This document shows positions 13,535 through 26,313 of a stretch of DNA of 64,000 nucleotides, piece after piece. How positions within the stretch are numbered: position 1 is the first letter of the stretch; each line of letters starts with the position of its first letter. This DNA comes from Octopus sinensis (taxonomy: Eukaryota), in NCBI RefSeq assembly GCF_006345805.1, contig NW_021833695.1, forward strand, positions 18,784-82,783, in the 5' to 3' direction. The notes beneath the pieces are model-generated. The model was not told the DNA's origin and did not search any database. It worked only from the letters and a program-made list of their open reading frames with translations. The position numbers and the translations under genes were made by a program.

Positions 13535-13955
13535 CAGGATGCGTAAGATATTTGAGGATAAATTTATGTTCATAAATAAAACAGATATATAATAATAGAT
13601 AATTTTATTAATCAAAAAATGCTGAGGATAAAAATAAACCTTTTCTATAATGTTATTCAATAAAGCCACCTTCAGCTACAACAAATGCTTCTATATGAGA
13701 TCTAAATTATCTACTTGCTCAAATCAAGTGGTCCTGGTTCATTTTGGACATTACTCTGACTATGGCAGCTTTCAAAGAATCTTTGGTGTTATGGGTATGT
13801 TCATTGACCTCTCCCTCAACAACACTCCATGTATAATATTCCAATGGATTGAGATCTGGGGAATTAGGAGTCCAAATGTTAGGGGTTGTGTGATCATGAA
13901 AATCTTCAGCCATCCATTCCTGTGTTACTAGAGCCATGTGTGATAGTGCATATGG
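13535..13955 (-). mobile_element. Tc1/mariner superfamily (maT-like) 3' fragment with terminal repeat end
   Basis: Seen: WTPNSPDLNPLEYYTWSVVEGEVNEHTHNTKDSLKAAIVRVM...AEGGFIE* (stop 13653-13655); terminus TA|CAGG at 13535. Subfamily assignment is inference from the NSPDLNPL.YY.W context. Confidence 0.85.
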
Positions 13956-14083
13956 CCTTCCATTGTATACACTGTCTATCTAGGGCTTAACAATTATCTC
14001 TATGTGGTTCGTAAGAAAGCTATTTACCACACAGCCACTCTATAGTAGAAAATATTATTATTATCATTATTTTTATTATTATT

Positions 14084-14626
14084 GAGTGAGAGAGCAGTTC
14101 ATGCCATCAAAGTGAAACTGGGGTAAAATATACGAAGCCCAATATACCCATCATGACTACCTGTCTGATAAGGGTACACCAGGCACATGCATCACAACCA
14201 TATGTGCGCGACATGGTGATCTCATATCAAGATAAACAGCACATGACCTTGCAGGTGGGGCCCAGTTAGAATTTCCTTCAGGTTGAGTAGCCCATCCCGC
14301 TCAAACGGTCCCTGAATAAGGGTTGTTTAAGGATGTTGAAAAAACCACCCATGTTTCCAGAGGTTAATTTTTTAAACCCCAAAGAATCCCTCTCAACACA
14401 TGGCTATGATGCTCCCCCACTACTTCTGCTCGTGATCAGAGATGCACATACCGTCAGCCACTAAGGGACATGCTCAACTGGTTAAGGTCAAGCAACTGAC
14501 AAGCAAATCTGTGGTATTGAGCAGAATATTTGCTGTAGCCCATCTTTTATACCAAGACAAAACAATGTACATGATAACACTTCCAATCAGTTAAGATCAG
14601 AAGCCATGAGAGCCACTGCCTGGTAC

Positions 14627-14627
<1 letters not shown>
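14084..14627 (-). mobile_element. Non-coding retroposon-like element inserted in a (TAA)n tract
   Basis: Seen: 544-bp complex sequence with (TTA)n on both sides and no ORF. A Dong/R4 non-autonomous identity is inference from the known TAA-repeat preference of Dong. Confidence 0.5.
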
Positions 14628-14683
<56 letters not shown>

Positions 14684-15372
14684 GTGAAGTTTATGTCACT
14701 ATTTCGAAGCGCTCTATAGAACTGATATATTTGTCGACATTGCTCATTCAAAAGGGTTTTTTTCCGTTGATGCGCTCTGTTCTGCAACGAAAATGACCAG
14801 TTAATCATCTAATTCTTTTGGCCCTTATTGGGATCCACACATTCCTTTTCCAACGTTCGAAAATTCTTCTTCGAAAGAAAAACAAAAAAGCAAACAAACA
14901 CACAAACAAAAAAAAAAAGTTCGTGTGTTTTAATATGGCGTAGTTTGTTTCTGCAAACGATAAAGAGAAGAGAAGAAAGCAAAAAAGCATCAGGTGTGTG
15001 AAGTAACAAAGTCAGTCAGCTTTTAGAAAGAGGAAAACATGGAACTTTTCCCCCCTTTTTATTATAGAAGTTTGTTGCAGCGGCAACAACGTTACGACCG
15101 GCGGCTTCACATCACCATCAACAATTAAGCTAGCACCGGTAATATTGAAAAAAGATAGCAACGACGATAGCAGCACGGAGAAAATGTAGAGGTTAAGTTT
15201 GGCGTTCCCGACAGATGATATAGCCATTTTTATAGCCAGGAAGTCGCCGGTGTCAGCAACAATGGTAACAATACTATCAGCATCAGCATGCACAACACAA
15301 CCACCATCCAAAACAACAAAACAATGCCTCAGCCACAGCGGCTACCAGCATCACTATTGCCATCATCACCGT

Positions 15373-15454
<82 letters not shown>

Positions 15455-15464
15455 AATAATAATA

Positions 15465-15570
15465 CATATTTCTTTATTACCCACAAGGGGCTATACATAG
15501 AAGGGACAAACAAGGACATACAAATGGATTAAGTTGATTACATCGACCCCAGTGTGTAACTGGTACTTAC
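15465..15570 (-). mobile_element. SINE family A 3' tail fragment
   Basis: Seen: atatttctttattacccacaagggg...catcgaccccagtgtgtaactggtactta. Confidence 0.85.
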
Positions 15571-15890
15571 TAATAATAATAATACCACAACAAGCATACT
15601 AGCGCCAACGATGCAAATAACAAAAGCACTTCTGTTAGACGGAATATCGTTTGCGCAAACAACAGGTTTCGAGAAAGATGATAAAAGTTGAGCATTTGGG
15701 GAAATAATGTGGTCCAGAAGCGAATTTCTTCTAATAGGAGAGAAGTATTATGTAGAATCTTGTTCCAAAATTCAAAGAATTTTGCATGTTGGAGCACAGT
15801 GCGAAATTCTATCCAGGACGGAAATGTCAGCTATGGACTAACACCATAGGTGTAGATTCTTTGGCAAAATGGCATGTCCTAAATAGCATG

Positions 15891-16210
15891 GGAGGCGCAA
15901 TGGCCCAGTGGTTAGGGCAACGGACTCGTAGTCGGAGGATCGCGGTTTCGATTCCCAGATACGGCGTTGTGTGTGTTTTTATTGAGCGAAAACACCTGGA
16001 GCTTCACGATGCTCCAGCAGGGAGTGGTAGCAACCCCTGTTGTACTCTTTCGCCCCAACTTTCTCTCACTCTTTCTTCCTGTTTCTTGAGTAACGCTGCA
16101 ATGGACTGGCGTCCCGTCCAGCTTAGGGGAACACATACGCCGCAGTAACAGGGAAATCGGATCCACGAGCCTGGCTAGGCTTGAAAAGGGCGCATAAATA
16201 AATAAAAATA
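15891..16210 (+). mobile_element. tRNA-derived SINE family C with V-like domain
   Basis: Seen: A box tggcccagtgg, B box gtttcgattcc, ctgcaatggactggcgtcccgtccag, (TAAA)n tail. Known: V-SINE central domains carry a gatggactggcg..ccgtccagg-type motif (from memory, needs a database check). Confidence 0.85.
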
Positions 16211-16549
16211 ACTAGCATGAGGTTTCCATTAGTGCTTCTGTTATACTCTCTTTCTCTCCTTCAACACCAATAGTCCTTCCTCTAACACACCTCATCCTTC
16301 TCTCCCTCCCTCCTCTTCCCCCCTCTCTCTTTCTCTCTGTGGTCAGATGTAATATCCTTTTCAGAAGCGAATCATTTCTAATAGGAGAGGAGTAGTGTCA
16401 CGTAGAAAGCTATGATTGGTGCTATACCTAACGCTGCGTCAAACCAAAATGTGCCGCCATGGTTTGTCGAACACCGTTCGGCAAGGCAGAAAAGGAAAAC
16501 GCAACATTACAAGGAGAAAGTAAAGGCAATCTCTACAATCTAAATCAAG

Positions 16550-16689
16550 CGTGGCTGTGTGCTAAGAAGTTTGTTTCCAACCACATGGTACCGTGTTCAA
16601 TCCCACTGCGTGAAACCTTCTAATATCTCCTCGGGGTGACCAATGTTTTGTGAGAGGATTTGTTAGACAGAAACTAAAAGATGCCTGTG

Positions 16690-16726
<37 letters not shown>

Positions 16727-16936
16727 TGTTTGTCCCCCACCACTATTTGACAACCCGGTATTGGTGTGTTTACGTCCCCGTAACATAGCAGTTCGACAAA
16801 GGACTGATAAAATTAATGTCAGGTTTCACAACAAAAATAAGTACTGGGGCGATTCAATCGGCTAAAAATTCTCCAAGGTGATGCTCCAGCATGACCGTAA
16901 TCCAATGACTGAAACAAGTAAAAGATAGAAGATAAA
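16550..16936 (+). mobile_element. SINE family B, diverged
   Basis: Seen: head, internal (TG)n, tail gaaacaagtaaaagatagaag. Confidence 0.85.
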
Positions 16937-17229
16937 ACGATGCATCACGTGTGCTCCAGATTAATTTATTCAATTCATACCTGTGATTAATTTCGGTTGG
17001 AGTTACGCGACTGCATTACTTTATACCTCTACAATTATCTTTGAGAATACTTCGCGCTTTCGGGGGTTGTTGACGCGCGCTTGGAGTGTGTTGTAGTGTT
17101 CGATAGGAAACTTAGAGCACAGAAGCCTTGCAAACATCTTCAGGTAATTCAAACTACTTGAAACGTACGAGGTTTATCAAGATTGAACTTTGAGATAAAG
17201 TTAACATTTACACAAACAAATGTTAGTAC

Positions 17230-17393
17230 AACTACCACTAGCTCTACGTTTAGCACTATTTCAACTACCACTGCCAATACTATCACTGCAGCGACTACTA
17301 CCACTACTACTACTGCTGCTACTGCTGCTGCTACCACTACGACTATTACTACTACTACTACTGCGACTGCTACTGCTACTACTACTGCTGCTG

Positions 17394-17431
<38 letters not shown>

Positions 17432-17712
17432 GCGACTGCTACTGCTACTACTACTACTATTGCTGTTACTGTTGCTTCTGTTACTACTACTACTACTACT
17501 ACTGCTGCTGCTGTTGTTAATGCTGCTTCTGCTACTACTACAACTACTACTGCTCCTGCTGCTGCTGCTACTACTACTACTACTACTACTACAGCTGCTG
17601 CTGCTACTGCTGCTTCTGCTACTACTACTACTACTACTACTACCACTACTATTATAGCAGCTTCTGCTGCTGCTGCTACTACTACTACACTTACTACTAC
17701 TACAACTACTAC
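17230..17712. repeat. (ACT/GCT)n compound trinucleotide array
   Basis: Seen directly; source of the three overlapping poly-T/A, poly-V and poly-L ORFs. Confidence 0.95.
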
Positions 17713-17809
17713 TTTGCTCCCAAAACTTTTCCAGATTGCTGATTTTTCGGAACCCGAGTGGTCACCTTGGTCAACATAGACTAAATTCAGCAAATATTGA
17801 ATTTATTTA

Positions 17810-18110
17810 GATCCCGTGATCGTGATCGACATGACTATCGGATGCTGTTATATATCGCTGGTCACAATGCACTTTGAATCGTTTTAGCTTTTGAGCGATG
17901 CTATCCAGCTGTCGAGGCGAGCAGGCCAACGTCACCCCACTCCCCACTGATCAAAAAGCTTGCCCATCGCAGGGTTAACCATATGCAGCTGAGGGAAATA
18001 GAGCAACGTAAAATGAAGTGTCTTGCTCAAAAGCACATCACTGAGCCGTTCTGGGAATCGAAACCCCTTTCTCACGATCGTGAGCGCAACACTCTTAACC
18101 ACTAAGCCAC
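17810..18110 (-). mobile_element. tRNA-derived SINE with CORE-like plus V-like modules
   Basis: Seen (minus): gtggcttagtggttaag...gtttcgattccc, ttgagcaagacacttcattttacgttgct, ccctgcgatggg. Confidence 0.75.
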
Positions 18111-18584
18111 TTAAAGGAAATATAGGTATCTGTATATTAGTGTAAATTAGTGAGGATTATAAGGGTTTCCGGACCTTCAGTGTCCAGAAAGTCGGTGTTG
18201 TACCTGTGATAGCTGGGTAGATAGAAGAATGGCGGGACTGTTCGCCGACGGTTCGTATCCTGTTAGAGACACTCTGCTGTGTCCAAGACCAGCAACACCT
18301 TTCATTTATTCTTCAACAGTTCTCTTTGTCCTGGGGGAAAAAATAGGTGCTATTATACAAACACTGATATAATCGATTTATAGGTTTGGCACAAGGAGTA
18401 TGATCGATTGATTGAATTAGTTCAATACATAAACAGTACTTATCGAATCAAAATTGAGGGATGAAATACAAATTCCTATCTAGAACAAAAATGTCAGGCA
18501 TGGACTGACACCATTGCAGATGCATTGGCAAAATGACTTGTCCTAAATATCCAGTAAGAACCATGACGTTTCCATTGGTGTTTC

Positions 18585-18790
18585 TACTACACCTTCTGCC
18601 TCTCCTTCTACACCAATACCTCTTTCTTTATCACTCAACCTCCTCCTCCTCCAACACAGCTCACCTCTCTACCTCCCCCTTTCTGTCTTTCACTCTCTCT
18701 TTCCGTATCTTTCCATCTTCCATCCTACTCCCCACTCTTCCTTCTCCTGTGCAACACACCTTTCTCTATCACAGCATACCTCTTCTTTCA
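18585..18790 (-). repeat. Purine-rich degenerate repeat (motif agaggtg[a/t]gctgtga), reverse orientation
   Basis: Seen: acagctcacctctct at 18656 and acagcatacctctt at 18771. Confidence 0.6.
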
Positions 18791-18828
18791 TTGTGCAAAT
18801 ATCATACTATCACTTACAAGACCAAAAT

Positions 18829-19010
18829 CAGGCGTCGAAATGGCAGAATCGATAGCTCGCCGGACAAAATGCTTAGTGACATTTAGTCCGACTTTATGTT
18901 CTGAGCTCAAATTCCACCGCCTTTTGTCCCTTCAGGGTCGATCAAATAAGCACAGTTTGAGTACAGGGGTGGTTGTGATCGAATAACTCTTACTCTGAAA
19001 TTGCTGGACT
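18829..19010 (+). mobile_element. SINE family A, degenerate
   Basis: Seen: ggcgtcgaaatggcagaatcgatagc...gagctcaaattcc...gggtcgatcaaataag. Confidence 0.8.
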
Positions 19011-19249
19011 TATTATACTTCACTAGCTGCTATTTCTAGCACTGTGAGACTGTTTAGAATAGAGGCTCCCCTCGTTGATTCGTGTTAGATTATTAAATAC
19101 ATTAAGTGTAAATGACGGTACTAAATCCATTCCAGCATAATATTAATATAGGAAGTGTGGTGGAGGGGAGGGCTGGTGGTAAAGGAAGATGTTATGTCGT
19201 GGTGGTGGTGGTGGTGGTGGTGGTGGTGGTTTTGGTGGTGGAAGATGGC

Positions 19250-19500
19250 GTGCTGGAGGGAGAGAGAGAGGTGTTTCGATTGAGCGAGGGATAATGGGAG
19301 AGAAGAGTTAGTATGAGAGAGTAGAGGGAGGAGTGGAAGAAGTTGTTTAGAAGAAAGGATGATATGAAAGGAGAGGGGATGTATTGTAGTAGAGAGGGGA
19401 GAGAGAGAGGGAGGGAGAGAGAGAGAGGTGTACCGTAATAAGGAATACGGGTATATCGTTTGGTAGAAGGAATAGAGGTTTGATAGAGGGAGAAGTATGG

Positions 19501-19545
<45 letters not shown>

Positions 19546-20085
19546 AAGAGAGAGAGACAGAAAGAGAGAGAAAAGAGGGGAGAGGTGTGCTGTGATGTAG
19601 AAAAGAGAGATGGAGAAAGAGACAGGCAGACAGACAGAAGTGTAAGGGAAAAGGGGGAGCTAATGTAGTAGAAAGGGAGAAAGTGTACTAGAAAGAGAGG
19701 GGTGATATATTGTAGAGATAGGGGGAAGAAGGAGAAAAGGGTGAGCTGTTATGAGATTGAGAGGGCAGCGGGAAAGGTATAATATAATGGAGAGAGAGGT
19801 AGAGAGAGAGAGAGCTGAGCTTTGATGGAAAAGTGGTGTTTGAAGTGAGAGGGTGGAACATAGTATAAAAGAAGAGAAGGTAGTGTGTTGGCTAGAAAGG
19901 TGTAATACGAAGGGAGAGAAAGACAGAAAGAAAGAGGGTTGAGAGAGAAGGAGAGAGAGAGAGCGTGAGGTGAGCTTTGATGGAGGAAGAGGTAAGTGTG
20001 ATAGAGTGGTGGTGGGGCGAAGGAGATAGTATAGTAGAAAGGAAGGTGGAGTATCGGCGAGAGAGGTGTGCTGTGAATGCATCTA
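19250..20085 (+). repeat. Purine-rich degenerate repeat tract
   Basis: Seen: GA-rich tract with recurring gaggtg[a/t]gct[g/t]tga at 19581, 19967 and 20061. Confidence 0.8.
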
Positions 20086-20279
20086 TTGATAAAAAGAAAT
20101 TTTTGTGAAAAGAACCATCGATGCGCGGTGGAGAATGTCTGAAACCAATGATTGGTTCCAAGACAAAGTTCTGATCATAAATATCGATATATAAATGGCA
20201 ACAGGGATTAATCAATAACATAAATCGACAAGTTCTTCTTGACTTATCTGCTGGTCTGTGTAGATGTTGTTGTAGTTGA

Positions 20280-21380
20280 TCTTGATGTCGGTGATAATGG
20301 TAGTCGTGGTGGTGGTGGTGGTGGTTGTTCGGGTGGTTGTGGCGATAGTTTTGGTGAGAATGGTGGTGGTGGTGGGGTTTGTGGTGGTGGTTGTGGTGAT
20401 AGTTTTAATGGAAGTGATGATGGTGGTTGGGGTGGTAGTTTCGATGGTGGTGGTGGTGGTAGTCGTTGAGTTGGTTGTGTTGGTTGTGGTGGTAGTTTTG
20501 ATGGGAGTGGAGATGGTGGTGGTGGTGGTGGTTGTGGTAGTGGTTGTGGTGGTGGTTTTGGTTTCGGTGAGGGAACGTGCGATGATGATGATGATGATGA
20601 TGATGGTGTTGACGTTAGGTGTTGTGCAGGAAATGATGATTGTTGTAGAAGTGGTGTTGGCTGCAGTGTTGCCGGTGGTGGTATAGCGGTTGTTTTGATG
20701 GTAGTGGTAGAGATGCTGTTGTTGTTGATGCTGGTAGTGGTGGTGGTAGCGGGTGGTAATGTTACTACTTGTAATAGTACTGATGGTGAGAATGTTTTGG
20801 TGAAGGTGCAGTTGATGGCGGAGATGATGATGGTAGTGGTGGCGGTGGTGTGGATAGTAGATTTTGGTTGTGATGATGATGATGTTGACTGTAATGGAGG
20901 TGGTGGTGGTGGTGGTGGTGGTGGCGTGGATAGTAGCTTTTGGTTGTGATGATGATGATGTTGACTGTAATGGAGGTGGTGGTGGTGATGGTGATCGTCG
21001 TCGTCGTCGTTATATGGTCGTGGTAATGTGAAGGTGGTGTTGGTGATGTTGGTGTTGTTGGTGGTGGTGTTGATAGTAGCTTTTGGTTGTGATGATAATG
21101 ATGATGGTAGTGGTTGTTGGTGGTGGTGGTGGTGGTGGTGTTGATACTGATGATGATGGTGACGATGAAATTGGGGTGGTGATGGTGTTGGTGGCAACGG
21201 TAACTATTGTGATGTTGTTGATAGTGCTGCTGTTTGGTAGCGATGGTGATGATGATGGCAGTGGTCTAGTCTCGGTAGAGCTGGTGTCGTTGGTGACATT
21301 ATTACTTATAGTGGGACGGCTAGTGATGGTGTTGTTAGTCGTCGTGGTGTTTGTAGTAGTCATGTTTATCATGTTCATGT
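20280..21380. repeat. Degenerate (GGT/GAT/GTT)n array with internal 60-bp duplication
   Basis: Seen: gtggatagtag[a/c]ttttggttgtgatgatgatgatgttgactgtaatggaggt at about 20850 and 20927, partial third copy at about 21070. Confidence 0.92.
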
Positions 21381-21477
21381 GTCCATGATAGCACTATTAT
21401 TGCTAGTACCAGTGACGTTCGTAGTAGTGGAGTTCATGGTGAACTATGAAGGCAATATGGCTGATATTTCGTTTTTT

Positions 21478-21858
21478 TTTTTGTTACTTGTTTCAGTCAT
21501 TTGACTGCGACTATGCTGGAGCACCACCTTTTAGTCGAGCAAATCGACCCCGGGACTTATTTTTTGTAAGCCCAGTACTTATTCTATCTCTCTCTTTTGC
21601 CGAACCGCTAAGCGACGAGGATGTAAACACAGCAGCATCGGTTGTCAAGCAATGCTAGAGGGACAAACACAGACACACAAACACATACACACATGTATAC
21701 ATATATATATATATGTACACATATACGACAGGCTTCTTTCATTGGTCGGCCCGGGGCTATAGCAGAAGACACTTGCCCAAGGTGCCACGCAGTGGGACTG
21801 AACCCGGAACCATGTGGTTGGTTAGCAAGCTACTCACCACACAGCCACTCCTGCGCCT
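21478..21858 (-). mobile_element. SINE family B
   Basis: Seen: full tail-to-head reverse complement ending ccacacagccactcctgcgcct, with a small internal deletion. Confidence 0.92.
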
Positions 21859-21936
21859 GCGGAGATTTGGTAGCCTTGCTCTTGAGAGTGTTGGACGTAA
21901 AGGTATGAGAAAACCGCTTGTTGTTGTTGTTGTTGT

Positions 21937-21991
<55 letters not shown>

Positions 21992-21992
21992 A

Positions 21993-22036
<44 letters not shown>

Positions 22037-22082
22037 GATGATGATGATGATGATGATGATACCATTCTTTAACCCTTTAACG

Positions 22083-22456
22083 CAATGGTTCTCAACTCTG
22101 CGTCCATACAGCCGCTGGAGGGTCCTTATAAGAATTTTGGGTGTTTATGTAACAAGATAGTAAATTGGATATCCGCAATAGTATTTTAAGGGACGCTGAA
22201 AAAAAAATTCTTTAGTTGTATGTGTTGGTATTTATTGCAACCCCCCCCCCAAAAAAAAAAAAAAGGTAGGTTTCTTTCTCTAATATTTTTACATAGTTCA
22301 ACCTACACAAGTTGATGTGTGGAAAACATGATAGAAATTTTGAAAGATTCTCTAAAAGTAGTTTTAAACATCGAATGACCGTGGGGTGGGGTCTACCAGA
22401 AAACAATAATATTTCAAAGGGGTCCATAGAACGTGAAAATGTGCGTAACAATTTTG
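22083..22456. mobile_element. hAT (Charlie-like) non-autonomous element
   Basis: Seen: begins caatggttctcaac; the interior is the reverse complement of 36675-36790. Known: cagtggttctcaac termini typify Charlie-type hAT MITEs. Confidence 0.65.
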
Positions 22457-23034
22457 CGATAATTTTGCAGCATTAATATAAGCATATTACTCTAACTTTG
22501 ACGTACCAGTAATATATTTTCCACCTTGCTTTGCATTTATGTGCTTACTTGTGTTACTTGTGTGTATGTGTGTGTGTGTATGTGTGTGTGTGTTTGCACG
22601 TGCACACATGTGTGTGTGTTTGCACGCGCACACGTGTGTGTGGGTATAACATAGATGTGTCGAAACAATTGTGATTAATAATAAATTCTCGATTATTCCA
22701 TCTGCTGTCTTTCATTTACTATATATATATATATATATGCAAATACTCCAAGAGGACGGATATTGTGTCTAAAGCCAGCTAGAGACGACGATCTCTTGGG
22801 GCTATAAAGCTACAGTAACACCCCCTCCCCAATGTGGTTAGCCATGATAAGATGGCTTCTATACTTTACATTATCGAGCGATTACTGTTTCAATCTCATT
22901 CTGAGATTTAATTATGCTATATATATATATTTATATAATATAATCACGTATCATGACCAACCAGACCACCAATGTGTCTACACATCGCTGGTCACAATAT
23001 ATATATATATGATAATATATATATAATATATATC

Positions 23035-23065
<31 letters not shown>

Positions 23066-23086
23066 TATATTATATATATATATATA

Positions 23087-23305
23087 GTTAATCCAAACAT
23101 GAAAGCACAAAAAAACACAACAACGAGGACGTGGAACAAATATAGTATTATTGGACGCTCAGGAAAGAAGGAAAGAAGGAGGGTTTAAAGTTTCGAGCGG
23201 AGCTCTTCGTCGGAAACATAGGAGAAGGAAAGAAGGAAAGATCCAGAGAAGGGAAGACAGAGGAAAAAATTCGCCAACGGTACCACGCGGTCACATGGAA
23301 TGAAA
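23087..23305 (-). mobile_element. Short (TA)n-flanked PLE-derived element with hammerhead-like motif (23185-23216)
   Basis: Seen: near-identical to 26314-26497; minus strand CCGACGA A GAG ctccg CTC GAAA CTT T. Confidence 0.7.
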
Positions 23306-23363
23306 TTAATATATATATATATATATTATATATAATATATATATATATATATATATTATATAT

Positions 23364-23428
<65 letters not shown>

Positions 23429-23849
23429 CAAAGGAGTTTAATACGCGAACACCGAGAGAAACATGGAAAAAAGGACAAGTAAGACAGAGAACGACCCTTC
23501 GTCAATTGTCGGCTGTCTATCTCTTCCTCATTTCGAGTATTCAACGATAATATGAGTATTGGAAGACAGTTACTCCCATAAATTTCAAAGATAAAATTTT
23601 AGATTTGTGGAGGGTCAAACATGGGAAGAAAAACAGGACAGTGTGGACATACAAGGAAACCGAACGAAAACAAACATAGCAGGTCGTTAGACCAGAATTT
23701 GAGGGAAATAGTGAACGCTGGGAGATATATTTATTTTTATTAGAAGAGAGAGAAAGAAAAACATCCAGTCCTTAGAACATCGTGCAGGATGAGGTAGAAA
23801 ACAGGATAGAGTAGAGTCGCATCAAAAGGGTTCAGGTAAACTAACTTGG

Positions 23850-24127
23850 AAATGGATGCCTGGCGGTCGAGGGATAGCGGGTTCGAATCTCAGACCGGGC
23901 GATGTGTGTGTTTATGAGCGAAACACCCAAGCTCCACGCGGCTTCGGCAGAAGGTAATGGCGAACTTCTGCTGACTCTTTCTGCACAACTTTCTCTCACT
24001 CTTTCCTCCTGCATCTTGCAGTTCACCTGCGACGGACAGGCATCCCGTCCAGATGGGGAATCCTATACGCCAAGAAAACCGGGAAACCGACCCTATGAGC
24101 CAGTTGTGGCTCGAGAAGGAACAAACA
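23850..24127 (+). mobile_element. SINE family C, 5'-eroded
   Basis: Seen: gggttcgaatctc, ctgcgacggacaggcatcccgtccag; matches 59081-59372 in reverse. Confidence 0.85.
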
Positions 24128-24229
24128 TATGAATATATATATATGCATATATATATATATATGTGCATATATGGGTACAGGACGTCGCCAACTGTGTAAA
24201 CAACATGAAATACGCAAACAACGAGGGAG

Positions 24230-24297
<68 letters not shown>

Positions 24298-24644
24298 GAA
24301 AACAGCGTGTGCCTGTGTGTGCCTGTATGGCCGTGTGTATTAGTTCAACATATTTGGACTTATCAAAAACTAATCTTGGGGTTGCTGGGATTTTCGGGTC
24401 TTACATCATACAACCTCGTCCAAGCGACCTGACCGAAGTTGGTTAAGCCTGGATCTGTATCCATGCGATATGCAACTGACCCTACTCTAATCAGCCAGTA
24501 TGTTTATAATGCTTATTCGTGTGCTACTCCGGACTAAAAATTGTCTCAATATATATTAGCTAACAGTGTACATATTAGCCATTTATAACCACCTTACTTC
24601 TATAAGTAATATGTTCGTGAATAATACATAATTGTTTCTACTAT

Positions 24645-24810
24645 AGGCAAAAGGCCTGAAATTCTAGGGAAGGAGCCAGTCAATTAGATCTACCTCAGTA
24701 CGCAACTGGTATTTAATTTATCGACCGCAAAAGGATGAAAGGCAATGTCGATCACGGTTGAATTTGAACTCAAAACGTAAAGACAAACGAAACACAGTTA
24801 AGCATTTCGC
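24645..24810 (-). mobile_element. SINE family A
   Basis: Seen: actggtatttaatttatcgaccgcaaaaggatgaaaggc...gaatttgaactc. Confidence 0.8.
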
Positions 24811-25825
24811 TGCCTTATGAATAATAAATAATATAAACAGTTATCAACTAGATTTGGATTCCATCCTATATTCGGATATTATCACTGGCTAAATGATCTC
24901 TTTAACTTCCCAGAGAATCACCGCCTATAAAACCACTATTACAAAGGGTTTGAGTGAATCGAATAGACTGATTTGCACAGTTAACGCATTTTCTGGTATC
25001 TTGCTCGACAAATAAGTTACTGTTTTAATACTGCTTTAACAGTATTTAGTTTTAATGCAATACTGTGATATAGTACATATCTACACGTTTTAGCCTACAC
25101 TTTATAAGAAAAATGAAAAAGAGACCTATATAACTCGTTCGAAATATAAAATATATTTGTGGATAATACAGCAATGAAACAAACACTTTTAATGCTCCAA
25201 AAATAATTTTTAATCAAACTATCTACCAAGAAAGCGATACAGTAATATATCGACCTCAGCGATTTTCTCAAGATCAGTGGGTAAATATTCTGTGTCACTG
25301 GACAGACAAAAGCAGTACTCAGTCGATCAAATCCGAACAAAGTGTCGATACGAAACCGGTTTATCTCCCTTTTCTGCGTATGAAGTTACATAGAAAGAGG
25401 TGTTTACATCATTTTTATAATACACAGTACTGGTTAAATCTATAAATGCCCTCTATAACATGGAATAGCTTATACGCAGTTTTATATACGTCATTTCGAT
25501 GAATATATACATACATGCATATACATATATATATATATATTTATATATATATATATATATGTGTGTGTGTATGTGTGTGTATGCTAATGAGGGAGCTTCT
25601 CCACAGACACTCTATCTCCCAGTATACGAAATCTCATCTTCCTCAAATCACATTTTACTGTCTTGAACAAAGTGAACGAATCTCTGCGTAATATATATAT
25701 AGTATTACACCTTCTTCAAAAAGGCGTGATGGTCACGGCTAGAATATCTTTGCTCATAAATCTCGCTCAGGACTGATCACTACCTAAGCAACAACAATAG
25801 CAAGATATAGACACATATATATATA

Positions 25826-25857
<32 letters not shown>

Positions 25858-25860
25858 AGT

Positions 25861-25904
<44 letters not shown>

Positions 25905-26240
25905 ACACACAATGGAAGAATCACTGTTTTTATTGTATCCGGTAGGTGTGCATGCTTCGATGGTTGCGTTATTTTATGAATTGAATAAAGCTTCCGGTTG
26001 AAAGGTGTGTGGCGTCATGCACAGTCACTTAGAAAGATAATTCTTTGAAGTATATTATTTTATGAAGTAGCAAAGATTTTTCGAGTTTACGAGACTCACG
26101 TTAACCCTATGGAACTCCAAAGATGTAAGCCTTCAAGTTTAAATACCTCTGCCGAAGACCTTACTTTAACGTTGACATTATGGAAGCTGTTGGTTTCCAT
26201 ATTATTAACATTACTGATCACAACTCTGGCCTCTCAATGC

Positions 26241-26293
<53 letters not shown>

Positions 26294-26313
26294 ATATAAT
26301 ATATATATATATA

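Noticed and set aside
15068-15189. Terminal exon candidate EVCCSGNNVTTGGFTSPSTIKLAPVILKKDSNDDSSTEKM*
   Set aside because: The acceptor is plausible but there is no upstream partner exon or recognisable homology.
15891-15965. tRNA gene
   Set aside because: A and B boxes are present but there is no closed acceptor stem, and it continues into a SINE body found in several copies.
15716-16410. 45-bp imperfect direct repeat (15716 and 16365) flanking a SINE as a giant TSD
   Set aside because: The copies are 130-150 bp away from the SINE ends and diverged; more likely fragments of another old repeat.
16450-16625. Perfect Kozak GCCGCCATGG opening a short ORF
   Set aside because: The ORF runs into a SINE B and has no recognisable homology; a single motif in 64 kb is weak evidence.
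17149-17793. Mucin-like Thr/Ala-rich 198-aa ORF
   Set aside because: Pure ACT/GCT array open in several frames on both strands; no ATG start, signal peptide or domain.
20244-21197. 317-aa Pro/His/Thr-rich ORF
   Set aside because: Antisense reading of a degenerate GGT/GAT array; expected to be stop-poor by composition.
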